Shown here piece by piece: positions 1-7,443 of a stretch of DNA of 64,000 bases. Location of the stretch: contig JAICYJ010000010.1 of assembly GCA_025934255.1 (NCBI GenBank), positions 6,379 to 70,378 on the forward strand. Reading direction: 5' to 3'. The notes under the pieces were generated by a model. That model worked only from the letters and a program-made list of their open reading frames with translations, was not told where the DNA came from and did not search any database. A program made the position numbers and the translations under genes. The first letter of the stretch is position 1, and the number at the start of each line of letters is the position of its first letter. The stretch is from Thermoleophilia bacterium. GTDB lineage: Bacteria > Actinomycetota > Thermoleophilia > Gaiellales > JAICJC01.

Positions 1-2
1 CG

Positions 3-128
3 CTGCCGGCGACGGAAGCGGCGGGCGAGACGGTGCTGTCGCTGCCGCTGGGAGGGGCGCACACGGAGCAGGACGTCGACGACGTGCTGGCGGCGCTCCG
101 CAAGCTTCACGCCGCGTTCACGCGATGA
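3..128 (+). CDS. 3' end of a DegT/DnrJ/EryC1/StrS-type PLP sugar aminotransferase (partial, runs off the window start)
   Basis: Frame 3 reads LPATEAAGETVLSLPLGGAHTEQDVDDVLAALRKLHAAFTR*, a typical C-terminal tail of this family. The stop TGA at 126-128 overlaps the next ATG (ATGA). Confidence 0.5.
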   Translation: MPATEAAGETVLSLPLGGAHTEQDVDDVLAALRKLHAAFTR

Positions 129-1165
129 GCCGGCGCACGCGGGTGGCGGCCGGAGCGGTCGTCTCGGCGGTGCTGCTGGTGGCGCTCCTGTGGTTTACGG
201 ACCCGCGCGAGATCTGGCGGACGCTGTCGCAGGCGGATCTGAAGTGGGTGGCGCTGGCGATGGCCGTGAACGTGGCAACGGTGCCGGTGATGGCGTGGCG
301 CTGGAGCATCCTGATCCGCGCGAAGGGCATGGTGGCACCGTTCTGGTGGCTGGTGAGGACGTACTTCGTGGCGTTGTTCCTGGGACAGTTCCTGCCGGCG
401 GCGGTGGGCGGGGACGCGGTGCGGGCGGTGGAGCTGGGGAGGCGCACCCACGACGGGCCGGAGGCGGTGGCGTCGGTGCTGATCGACCGGCTGGTGGGTG
501 TCGTGTCGCTGGTGGGGCTGGCGGTGCTGGCGTACGCCGCGGGAGGGCACTCGGCAGGGGGGCCGGAGGTGGTGGTCGCCGAGACGACGTTCGGGCTGGC
601 GGCGCTGTTGGTGCTGGGACTGCTGTTCTCGGCGCGGCTGCGTGGTCTGGCCGCGCGCGTGCTGGAGCCGCGGGTGGGCGAGAAGCGGCTGGCGACGGGG
701 CAGCGGTTCTACGAGGCGCTGCACGGGTACCGCGAACAGCGAGCGGCGCTGGCGGCGGTGTTCGGACTGGCGCTGGGGGTCCAGATCGTACGGGTGGGGA
801 CGATCTGGATGCTGGTGAAGGCGCTGGGGCTGGACGTGCCGATCACGGAGATCTACGCCACCGGGCCGGTGCTGTTCGCGGCGCTGGTGCTGCCCGTGTC
901 GCTGAACGGCATCGGGGTGCGCGAGGCGGTCTTCGTGTCGTTCCTGCACGACTCGACGACCGCGGAGCAGGCGATCGCGCTGGGAGTCGCGTTCTTCGCG
1001 GTGGGCACGGCCACGTCGCTGGTGGGGGCGCTGATCCTGGCGCTGCGGTGGGTCAGGTACGGGATCGGTGCGGTGCGGCCACGCACGCAGATCGACGACC
1101 CAGGCGTACCGCCGGCCAACGAATTGCGGGATACCGGTTACCTCAAGACGACGAAGCGCCGATAG
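125..1165 (+). CDS. Lysylphosphatidylglycerol-synthase TM-region-like (UPF0104/flippase-like) integral membrane protein
   Basis: 346-aa ORF, polytopic and hydrophobic. The N-terminus ...DPREIWRTLSQADLKWVALAMAVNVATVPVMAWRWSILIRAKG... is typical of the LPG_synthase_TM family. Translationally coupled to the upstream aminotransferase. Confidence 0.7.
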   Translation: MSRRTRVAAGAVVSAVLLVALLWFTDPREIWRTLSQADLKWVALAMAVNVATVPVMAWRWSILIRAKGMVAPFWWLVRTYFVALFLGQFLPAAVGGDAVRAVELGRRTHDGPEAVASVLIDRLVGVVSLVGLAVLAYAAGGHSAGGPEVVVAETTFGLAALLVLGLLFSARLRGLAARVLEPRVGEKRLATGQRFYEALHGYREQRAALAAVFGLALGVQIVRVGTIWMLVKALGLDVPITEIYATGPVLFAALVLPVSLNGIGVREAVFVSFLHDSTTAEQAIALGVAFFAVGTATSLVGALILALRWVRYGIGAVRPRTQIDDPGVPPANELRDTGYLKTTKRR

Positions 1166-1220
1166 GGGATGTGACCCGATGCTGCATCCGTCCATCGCCT
1201 TCCAGGAGAGTTCCAGCCAC

Positions 1221-1343
1221 ATGCCCCCTCGCACCACCGAGGCGCATGCCGCCCGACCCGGCACCATGCGTCCCGTCAATCTGCTGATCGCACTGTTTGC
1301 GGTGGCCTGCGCCATCGCTCTCGCGCACGGCATCATCGCCTAG
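1221..1343 (+). CDS. Hypothetical 40-aa single-TM micropeptide (MPPRTTEAHAARPGTMRPVNLLIALFAVACAIALAHGIIA)
   Basis: AGGAGAG lies 10 nt upstream of ATG 1221. The C-terminal half is hydrophobic and codons are GC3-rich. There is no homology evidence. Confidence 0.25.
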   Translation: MPPRTTEAHAARPGTMRPVNLLIALFAVACAIALAHGIIA

Positions 1344-1379
1344 TTCCGCGCTCCACCCCGCCACCGCACACCCGCGGAT

Positions 1380-1521
1380 GCAACACCGGCGCCTGGCACC
1401 GGTGTTGCGCCCGATTCTACGAATTTCGTAGAAAACAGGCCCTGATTCTACGAATTTCGAAGCTGCGACCCCGTTTTGCTATCGGAATTCGTGCAACACC
1501 GGTGCCAGACGCACGTGTTGC
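1380..1521. repeat. REP-like hairpin pair flanking an AT-rich palindrome, immediately upstream of the Y1 transposase homolog
   Basis: Hairpin 1 (1380-1408): GCAACACCGG / CCGGTGTTGC, a 10-bp perfect stem. Hairpin 2 (1493-1521): GCAACAC(CG)GTGC...GCACGTGTTGC. Between them lies a 19-bp perfect palindrome TTCTACGAA-T-TTCGTAGAA (1415-1433). A 16-nt direct repeat GATTCTACGAATTTCG occurs at 1413-1428 and 1444-1459. Confidence 0.55.
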
Positions 1522-1595
1522 GTCGCACCCTTGGCGCGGAGTTGTGATCGGCTGGGGGACGATTCGTGGCTGCCGGCGGCCGTAGGCTGGCCGGC

Positions 1596-2306
1596 ATGTC
1601 GCGCAGACGCCGGACACCTTGCCGCGGTGGCCTCTACCACGTTGTTCAGCGAGGCAACAGACGCCAGGCCATCTACGAGACCGACCAGGACCGCCACCTG
1701 TTCCTCGAGATGATGGCTGACACCCTGCCCAGGTTCGGGTTCCGCTACCACGCCTACTGCCTGATGGGGAACCACTACCACCTGCTGATCGAGACGCCGA
1801 ACGCCAACCTGGGCAAGGGCATGCACTGGCTGAACGGGGTCTATGCCGCGCGCTTCAACGCCACCCACGACGTCGACGGCCACCTGTTCCAGGATCGCTA
1901 CTGGGCGTCGCCTGTCGCCGGCGCCAAGGCCATCATCGAGGTGGCCGGTTACATCGCGGCCAATCCGCTGCGGGCCGGCCTCTGCGATCGCGCCGAGCTG
2001 TGGCCGTGGTCGACCTACCCCATGGCGCTCGGCATCAGGCCGCGCACGCCGCACGTCACCCTCGACCTGATCATGGCCCTGTTCGACGCCCACCTCGGCA
2101 TCGACGAGGCCCGCGTCCGCTTCCGCCGACTGGTCGAGCAGGAGCCCCCAACCCGCCCACTGCTTGCCGCGGTGCTGCCCGACCTGGCCGCTGCCCGCGG
2201 AGCCGGCTACTCGCTGCGCGAGATCGGCGCCGCGGCCGGCCTTGACCCGTCGACCGTCATGCGCCGCCTGCGCGGCGTCAGCGGATACAGACCGTGTTCG
2301 CCGTGA
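1596..2306 (+). CDS. IS200/RayT-like Y1 (HUH) tyrosine transposase homolog with a C-terminal HTH, probably domesticated
   Basis: YHVVQRGNRRQAIY..., HUH motif in LMGNHYHLLIETP, and catalytic-Tyr region VAGYIAANPLRAG. The C-terminal GYSLREIGAAAGLDPSTVMRRL resembles a DnaA-C-like HTH. A -10-like TAGGCT (1583-1588) sits 7 nt before ATG 1596. No IS right end is present; the 3' end overlaps the convergent gene. Confidence 0.75.
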   Translation: MSRRRRTPCRGGLYHVVQRGNRRQAIYETDQDRHLFLEMMADTLPRFGFRYHAYCLMGNHYHLLIETPNANLGKGMHWLNGVYAARFNATHDVDGHLFQDRYWASPVAGAKAIIEVAGYIAANPLRAGLCDRAELWPWSTYPMALGIRPRTPHVTLDLIMALFDAHLGIDEARVRFRRLVEQEPPTRPLLAAVLPDLAAARGAGYSLREIGAAAGLDPSTVMRRLRGVSGYRPCSP

Positions 2307-5300
2307 CCGGCGCGGCCGGCGCCCAGGCCGACAGCAGCCCGACGTTGTCCACCGCCTGGAACTGCACCAGGTAGACACCGCGCGTCGCGAACTTCACCGA
2401 TGATCCTGAGGTCGTCGCGCCCCACGTCACGCCGTTGTCCGCCGACACCCGGTACTGGTAGTGCGCCACCCCCGACCCCACTCCGTCGCTGCTGCCCGAC
2501 GCGGACACGGTCTTCCGGTGGGAGCAGCTCGTCGCACCGCTGCCACCCGTCACCGTCGGCGCGCTCGGCGCCGTGCGGTCGATCCGTGCCGTATTCGTGG
2601 CCCCGTTCACGGCCGGCGTCCAGAGCGACACGTTGCCGGCGTTATCGACCGACCGGAACTGCACCAGCGTCTGGCCCTCGTTCACCACCGGGAAGCTGTT
2701 GCCGGACGCGGCCGCCGACCAGGTCGCCCCGCCGTTCGTCGACACCTGGTACTGGTAGCCCGCAAAGCCCGACCCACCGGCCTGGTCCGTCGACCCCGAT
2801 GCCGAGATCGCGATCTGCGCCACGTTCTTCCACGTCAGGCTGCCGCCCGACACCACCGGAGCGCTCGGCTTCACCGTGTCGATCCGCACCTGGGCCTGCA
2901 CCCACGGCGACACCCGTAACACGTTGTCCACCGACCGGAACTGCACCAGCGTCTGCCCCTCACTCACTACCGAGAAGCTGTTGCCCGCCACCGCCGCCGT
3001 CCAGGTCGCTCCGCCGTTCGTCGACGTCTCGTACTCGTACCTGAGGATCCCGCTGCCCGCATCCGTGCTACCCGCCGCCGACACCGTCACCGGCGTGCTC
3101 GTGTGCCAGCTCGCCGAGCCACCCGTCACCGTCGGTGCCATCGGGTTCGTGCGGTCGATCTTGACCGTGCTGCCTGCTATAGGCGCCCCCGGCGCCCAGG
3201 CCGACACGTTTCCGGCGCCGTCCACCGACCGCACCTGCACGTAGGTCAGGCCCTCGTTCGAGATCGTGGCCGAGGCACCCGCCACCGGCGCGGACCACGT
3301 CACCCCGTCCGACGATGTCCGCGTCTGGTAGCCCGACAGCCCCGCTCCGCCCAGCGGATCCGTCGACCCGGACCCTGTCACCGTCATCGACGCCACGTTC
3401 TGCCACGCCGCCGAACCGCCGGCCACCGTGACGGGCGCGCTGGGCTGGGTGCGGTCGATCTTGACCGTCATGGACACCCAGTTCGAGGTGTTGCCGACGT
3501 TGTCCGTGGACCGGAGCCGCACCACGGTCGATCCCTCGCCGGTCACCGTCACCTGGCTCCCCGACACGAGCGGCGACCACAGCACCCCGCCGTCCGTGGA
3601 CGTCTGCGACTGGTAGGCGCCGAGGCCGCTCCAGAGATCAGCCGATCCGGCCGCCGTCACCACCACCGACGCCGAGTTCACCCATCCCGGCGACGCTCCC
3701 GTCACGGTCGGATCCGACGGCGGCGACGAATCCAGGCTCGCCGTCACCTGGCTCCATGCCGACGTGTTCCCCGCCCCGTCGATCGACCGGAACCGCACCA
3801 CCGTCACGCCGTCGGTCGTCACGAACAGGCTCGCGCCCAGCACCGGTGCCGTGTACGGCGCCCCGTTCGTGGACATCTCGCTCTGGTATCCGACCAGCCC
3901 GGAGCCGCCGCTGTCGCTCGAGCCGGACGCGCTCAGCGGCAGCGACGTCGTGTTCTGCCAGCCGGCGCCGGCGCTGCTCACGTTCGGGTCGGTCGGCTTG
4001 GTGCGATCGATCCGGGCCGTCGCGACCACCCAGTTGCTGGTCTTGCCGGACACATCCACCGCCCGGAACCGCACCAGCGTCTCGCCCTCGGCCGTCACCA
4101 GCCGCGAGGAACCGGTCGAAACCGCGCCCCAGGTGGCGCCGCCGTCGGTCGAGACCTGCCGCTCGTAGCGGGCGATGCCGGAACCGGGCGAGTCGGTAGA
4201 GCCGCTGGCCACCAGGTTGATCGATGCCACGTTCTGCCACGTGGTCGAGCTGTTCGCGACCACCGGGTCGGTGGGATCGGCCCGGTCGATGTTGACCGAC
4301 GCGCTCACCCACGGGGTCACGTTGCCGGCGAAGTCACACCCGCGGAACTGCACCAGCGTGGCGCCTTCGCTGGACACCGTCACGTGCGTCCCCGCCGTCT
4401 CGGGGCCCCAGGTCGTGCCGCCGTCCGTGGACGTGCGGTAGCTGAGGTGGTCGAACCCGGAGCCACCCGTGTCCGTCGTCCCGGTCGCCGCCACGTCCAC
4501 CGACGCCGCGTCCTGCCACGCCGGCGACCCTCCCGTCAGCGTCGGCTTGGCCGGAGCGGTGTGGTCGATGCGCGCGATCCCCGTCACCCAGTTGCTGAAC
4601 CGGCCGGCCACGTCGACCGCACGGAACCGCACCAGCGTCTCGCCCTGCGACGCCACCGTCAGGCTGGACGCGCTCGCCGGCGCCGACCAGGTGAGACCGC
4701 CGTCGGTCGACGTCTCCCGCTGATAGGCGGCGATTCCCGACCCGGTGTCGGTCGAGCCGGCCGCCGTCAGGTGCAGGGACGTCACGCTCTGCCACGCCGC
4801 CGACCCGCCGCTGACCACCGGGTCGGTGGGGTCGGCGCGGTCGATCATGACGGTGGCCGTGGCCCACGGCGACGCGTTGCCGGCCACGTCGTAGCTCCGG
4901 AAGCGCACCAGCGTCGAGCCCTCCGCCGACACGGTCACGCCGGTGCCCGCAACCTCCGGGCTCCAGGTGGTGCCGCCGTCCGTGGAGAGTCGGTAGCCGA
5001 AGCCGGCAAACCCGGAACCGCTGTCCGCTCCGCCGCTCACGTTCACGGTCACCGACGCCACGTCCTGCCAGAGCGGCGACCCTCCCGTCAGCGTGGGGAT
5101 GGCGGGAGGCGTGGTGTCGATGTTGACCGTGTTGTCGGGCCCGGGAACGGACGGCACCCAGCTCGACGTGTTGCCGGCCCGATCAACGCTTCGGAACTGC
5201 ACGATCGACGACCCCTCGATGCCGATGGCAGCGGGATTCCGCTGCACCGGCGAGCGCCATGCGCCGCCGTTCACCGACACCTGGTACTGGTAGCCGGCCA

Positions 5301-5793
5301 GCCCGCTGGCGGCGTCGCTGCCTCCGGCCGCCGTCACCGTCACCGGCGCCGTGCTCCACGCAGTGGAACCGCCCAGCACGGACGTGGGCGGTAGCGGAGC
5401 ATCGAGGTCGACCAGCCACCTGACCGTGATCGTGCGGCGCGACGAGACGCCCTTCACCGCCAGCACGAACGTGTGGTGGCCGGCCGCGAGGTTGCGGTAG
5501 CTGATCCTGCCGTGCCTGCACGACGTCGCCCTGCGGATGTCCAGCTTGCAGGTGGTGCGGCGCACGGTGCCGGTGTGCCTCCACGAAAACCACGCCCTGG
5601 TGACGTGCACGTAGGCCGCCGGCTTCCGCAGCATCTTCACGGTCAGCTTCCTGGTGGCGTGGGACGCCGGTCGCGTCACGTGCGGCACGTATGGCATCGC
5701 GTAGGCAGGCGCAGCGGCCGTCAGGCTGATCACGAGAGCCAGCAGCAGTACCACGCGATGTCGGCGCGGAAAGGGGGATCCGCGACGTACCAT
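2278..5793 (-). CDS. Large secreted repeat protein (1171 aa) with 11 tandem ~92-100-aa Ig-like/OmpL47-type repeats, each carrying an Asp-box (SxDxGxTW)
   Basis: GAGGTG lies 4 nt upstream of ATG 5793. Signal peptide MVRRGSPFPRRHRVVLLLALVISLTAAAPAYA. The repeat consensus is P.DP.V.GGS..W.....V.....GS.D.GSG...Y.....STDGG.TW...........EG.T.V.FR..D.AGN.S.W.....IDRT. Confidence 0.85.
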   Translation of the reverse strand: MVRRGSPFPRRHRVVLLLALVISLTAAAPAYAMPYVPHVTRPASHATRKLTVKMLRKPAAYVHVTRAWFSWRHTGTVRRTTCKLDIRRATSCRHGRISYRNLAAGHHTFVLAVKGVSSRRTITVRWLVDLDAPLPPTSVLGGSTAWSTAPVTVTAAGGSDAASGLAGYQYQVSVNGGAWRSPVQRNPAAIGIEGSSIVQFRSVDRAGNTSSWVPSVPGPDNTVNIDTTPPAIPTLTGGSPLWQDVASVTVNVSGGADSGSGFAGFGYRLSTDGGTTWSPEVAGTGVTVSAEGSTLVRFRSYDVAGNASPWATATVMIDRADPTDPVVSGGSAAWQSVTSLHLTAAGSTDTGSGIAAYQRETSTDGGLTWSAPASASSLTVASQGETLVRFRAVDVAGRFSNWVTGIARIDHTAPAKPTLTGGSPAWQDAASVDVAATGTTDTGGSGFDHLSYRTSTDGGTTWGPETAGTHVTVSSEGATLVQFRGCDFAGNVTPWVSASVNIDRADPTDPVVANSSTTWQNVASINLVASGSTDSPGSGIARYERQVSTDGGATWGAVSTGSSRLVTAEGETLVRFRAVDVSGKTSNWVVATARIDRTKPTDPNVSSAGAGWQNTTSLPLSASGSSDSGGSGLVGYQSEMSTNGAPYTAPVLGASLFVTTDGVTVVRFRSIDGAGNTSAWSQVTASLDSSPPSDPTVTGASPGWVNSASVVVTAAGSADLWSGLGAYQSQTSTDGGVLWSPLVSGSQVTVTGEGSTVVRLRSTDNVGNTSNWVSMTVKIDRTQPSAPVTVAGGSAAWQNVASMTVTGSGSTDPLGGAGLSGYQTRTSSDGVTWSAPVAGASATISNEGLTYVQVRSVDGAGNVSAWAPGAPIAGSTVKIDRTNPMAPTVTGGSASWHTSTPVTVSAAGSTDAGSGILRYEYETSTNGGATWTAAVAGNSFSVVSEGQTLVQFRSVDNVLRVSPWVQAQVRIDTVKPSAPVVSGGSLTWKNVAQIAISASGSTDQAGGSGFAGYQYQVSTNGGATWSAAASGNSFPVVNEGQTLVQFRSVDNAGNVSLWTPAVNGATNTARIDRTAPSAPTVTGGSGATSCSHRKTVSASGSSDGVGSGVAHYQYRVSADNGVTWGATTSGSSVKFATRGVYLVQFQAVDNVGLLSAWAPAAPVTANTVCIR
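2281..5400 (-). repeat. Coding tandem repeat array (11 diverged units of about 276-300 bp) inside the large secreted protein gene
   Basis: Unit boundaries were read from the protein (…IDRT/A | P.DP…). The units are diverged at the DNA level, so this is neither a CRISPR array nor a simple satellite. Confidence 0.8.
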
Positions 5794-5898
5794 GGTGCAC
5801 CTCGGGGGGAGGGAGCGGAGCCGACGAGCTCCTGCTCGCGTTATCGCCGATCGTGGGCTATACCGCATCCCCCGAAACGGGGGGCCGATTTCGGTCGC

Positions 5899-6288
5899 TC
5901 AGACGCGGAGCACGAGCAGTTGCCGCTGCCGCGGGCCGTCGAACTCGCAGAAGAAGATGCGCTGCCAGCGCCCCAGCACCGGCGTACCGCCGGCCACCCC
6001 CAGCAGCTGCGAGCAACCGACCATGATCGACTTCACGTGCGAATCCGAGTTGCCTTCGAGGTGCGCGTAGCCGTCATCGCGCGGGACCAGCCGTGCCAGC
6101 ACGTCCACGACATCGGCGGCCACGTCCGGGTCGAACCCCTCGTTGATGGTCACCGCCGCCGTCGTATGCGGTACGTGCAGCAGCACCGCGCCGTCGGTCA
6201 CGCCCAGCTCGGCAACAGCCGCGGCCACCGCCTCGGTGACGTCGACGAACTGCTCTCGCCGGTCGGTTGCCAGCGCGATCCCGGGCAT
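5899..6288 (-). CDS. yjbQ: YjbQ/UPF0047 family protein (secondary thiamine-phosphate synthase-like)
   Basis: MPGIALATDRREQFVDVTEAV...LLHVPHTTAAVTINEGFDPDV...HLEGNSDSHVKS...GRWQRIFFCEFDGPR matches the family pattern. A -10-like TACGAT (complement of 6295-6300) sits 6 nt before ATG 6288. Confidence 0.8.
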   Translation of the reverse strand: MPGIALATDRREQFVDVTEAVAAAVAELGVTDGAVLLHVPHTTAAVTINEGFDPDVAADVVDVLARLVPRDDGYAHLEGNSDSHVKSIMVGCSQLLGVAGGTPVLGRWQRIFFCEFDGPRQRQLLVLRV

Positions 6289-6306
6289 CGATCGATCGTA
6301 CCGCAT

Positions 6307-6320
6307 TGCATGTTCATGCA
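6307..6320. promoter_or_regulatory. 14-bp palindrome TGCATG-TT-CATGCA in the yjbQ/argF divergent region; candidate ArgR (ARG-box-like) operator
   Basis: Perfect inverted repeat that overlaps the -35 position for the argF -10-like CATACT (6330-6335). The TGCAT core is reminiscent of actinobacterial ARG boxes; that link is from memory and was not checked. Confidence 0.35.
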
Positions 6321-6344
6321 CATCTGTGGCATACTTTTGCGTCC

Positions 6345-7277
6345 ATGGCCATGCTCGCCCCCACTCCGGCCGGCCTCGCCGGCCGCGACCTGCTCTCGGT
6401 CGACCAGCTCGGCCGTGACCGGCTGATCGAGCTGCTCGATCTCGCCGACCACCTCAAGATGCTGCAGGGGCGCGGCGTCCCGCACCGGCTGCTGCCCGGC
6501 CGCACGCTGGCCATGATCTTCCAGAAGGCGTCCACCCGCACGCGCGTCTCCTTCGAGGTCGGCATCGGCCAGCTGGGCGGCAGCGCGGTCGTGCTGTCGT
6601 CGTCCGAGATGCAGCTGGGACGCGGCGAGTCGATCGAGGACACGGGCATCGTGCTGTCGCGGTACGTCGACGCGATCATGATCCGGGCCGGGGCGCACGC
6701 GGAGGTGGAGGCGCTGGCCGCCGCCGCCTGCGTGCCCGTCATCAACGGCCTCACCGATCTCCACCACCCCTGCCAGGCGCTGGCGGACGCCCAGACGCTG
6801 CGCGAGCGGCTGGGCGACCTCGACGGCCGCACCCTGGCCTGGGTCGGCGACGGCTGCAACAACGTCTGCCACTCGCTGATCACGGCCGTCGGCATGCTCG
6901 GCATGGAGGTGCGGGTGGCCACGCCGCTCGGGTTCGAGCCCGACCCCGCGGTCGTGGCCGCCGCCGGCCCGGTGACCGTCACCGACGATCCGCTGGAGGC
7001 GGTGGCCGGCGCGGACGCGGTCGCCACCGACGTCTGGACGAGCATGGGCCAGGAGGCCGAGCGCGACCAGCGCGTCTCCAACCTGACCCCCTACCAGGTA
7101 AACCGCGAGCTGCTTGCGTCGGCGGCGCCGGGCCACGTCGTGCTGCACTGCCTGCCCGCGCACTACGGCGAGGAGATCACGCACGAGGTGCTGCACGGCC
7201 CCAGCTCGGCTGCCTGGGACGAGGCCGAGAACCGCCTCCACGCCCAGAAGGCGCTGATGGCCATGGTCATGGCCTGA
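6345..7277 (+). CDS. argF: Ornithine carbamoyltransferase
   Basis: Motifs STRTR, HPCQALAD, DVWTSMG and HCLPAH are present. The start was chosen at ATG 6345, 9 nt after CATACT. No other arg genes are nearby. Confidence 0.85.
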   Translation: MAMLAPTPAGLAGRDLLSVDQLGRDRLIELLDLADHLKMLQGRGVPHRLLPGRTLAMIFQKASTRTRVSFEVGIGQLGGSAVVLSSSEMQLGRGESIEDTGIVLSRYVDAIMIRAGAHAEVEALAAAACVPVINGLTDLHHPCQALADAQTLRERLGDLDGRTLAWVGDGCNNVCHSLITAVGMLGMEVRVATPLGFEPDPAVVAAAGPVTVTDDPLEAVAGADAVATDVWTSMGQEAERDQRVSNLTPYQVNRELLASAAPGHVVLHCLPAHYGEEITHEVLHGPSSAAWDEAENRLHAQKALMAMVMA

Positions 7278-7443
7278 GCGGGCGTCCCGGCTCACGACCC
7301 TGCATTGTGACCGATTGGATATGCAGCGCGGCGATCGGTCTGTACACTCTCGATGTTTCTGCGTGTCGATGGCGGTCGAGCCCCCCACGGTCCGTCGCTC
7401 CGAAGCCACGAACACGCCAACCATCGCTGGGAGGGAGCTTTGC

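Noticed and set aside
1566-1595. A longer start (GTG 1566) for the Y1 transposase homolog, and 5868 for the repeat protein.
   Set aside because: ATG 1596 sits 7 nt after a TAGGCT -10 and gives the usual N-terminus before YHVVQRGN. ATG 5793 has a GAGGTG RBS and begins a proper signal peptide. The longer versions add only Arg-rich junk.
3103-5394. Very long ORFs antisense or out of frame to real genes. Examples: 3103-5394 (+, 763 aa), 25681-28788 (-, 1035 aa), 28481-30550 (-, 689 aa), 60179-62368 (-, 729 aa), 53274-55892 (+, 872 aa), 45988-48027 (+, 679 aa), 8462-10519 (+, 685 aa).
   Set aside because: Their translations are Arg/Pro/Gly/Ala-rich low-complexity strings with no motifs. Each fully overlaps a gene with clear family signatures. 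This is the expected shadow-ORF artefact of stop-codon-poor, GC-rich DNA.
2281-5400. Tandem ~280-bp periodicity that could be mistaken for a CRISPR or satellite array.
   Set aside because: The repeats are in frame, diverged, and encode a protein domain (an Asp-box Ig-like unit). There are no short identical direct repeats with unique spacers, and no cas genes anywhere in the window.
5868-5885. Hairpin CCCCCG-AAA-CGGGGG downstream of yjbQ, as a possible terminator.
   Set aside because: The stem is short, the loop is only 3 nt, and no T-run follows on the minus strand. This is weak evidence.
6345-7277. The carbamoyltransferase might be a putrescine carbamoyltransferase, given the adjacent polyamine transporters.
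   Set aside because: The DVWTSMG (SMG-loop) and HCLP motifs look like canonical ornithine carbamoyltransferase, and no agmatine deiminase or carbamate kinase gene is nearby. I kept argF; only a proper alignment can exclude PTC.
7278-7443. The 166-nt untranslated region upstream of the first potA as a possible riboswitch or structured leader (local pairings CTCGA/TCGAG and CGATGG/CCATCG).
   Set aside because: I could not recognise any known riboswitch core, and the proposed stems are short and not compelling. A covariance-model scan is needed before any claim.
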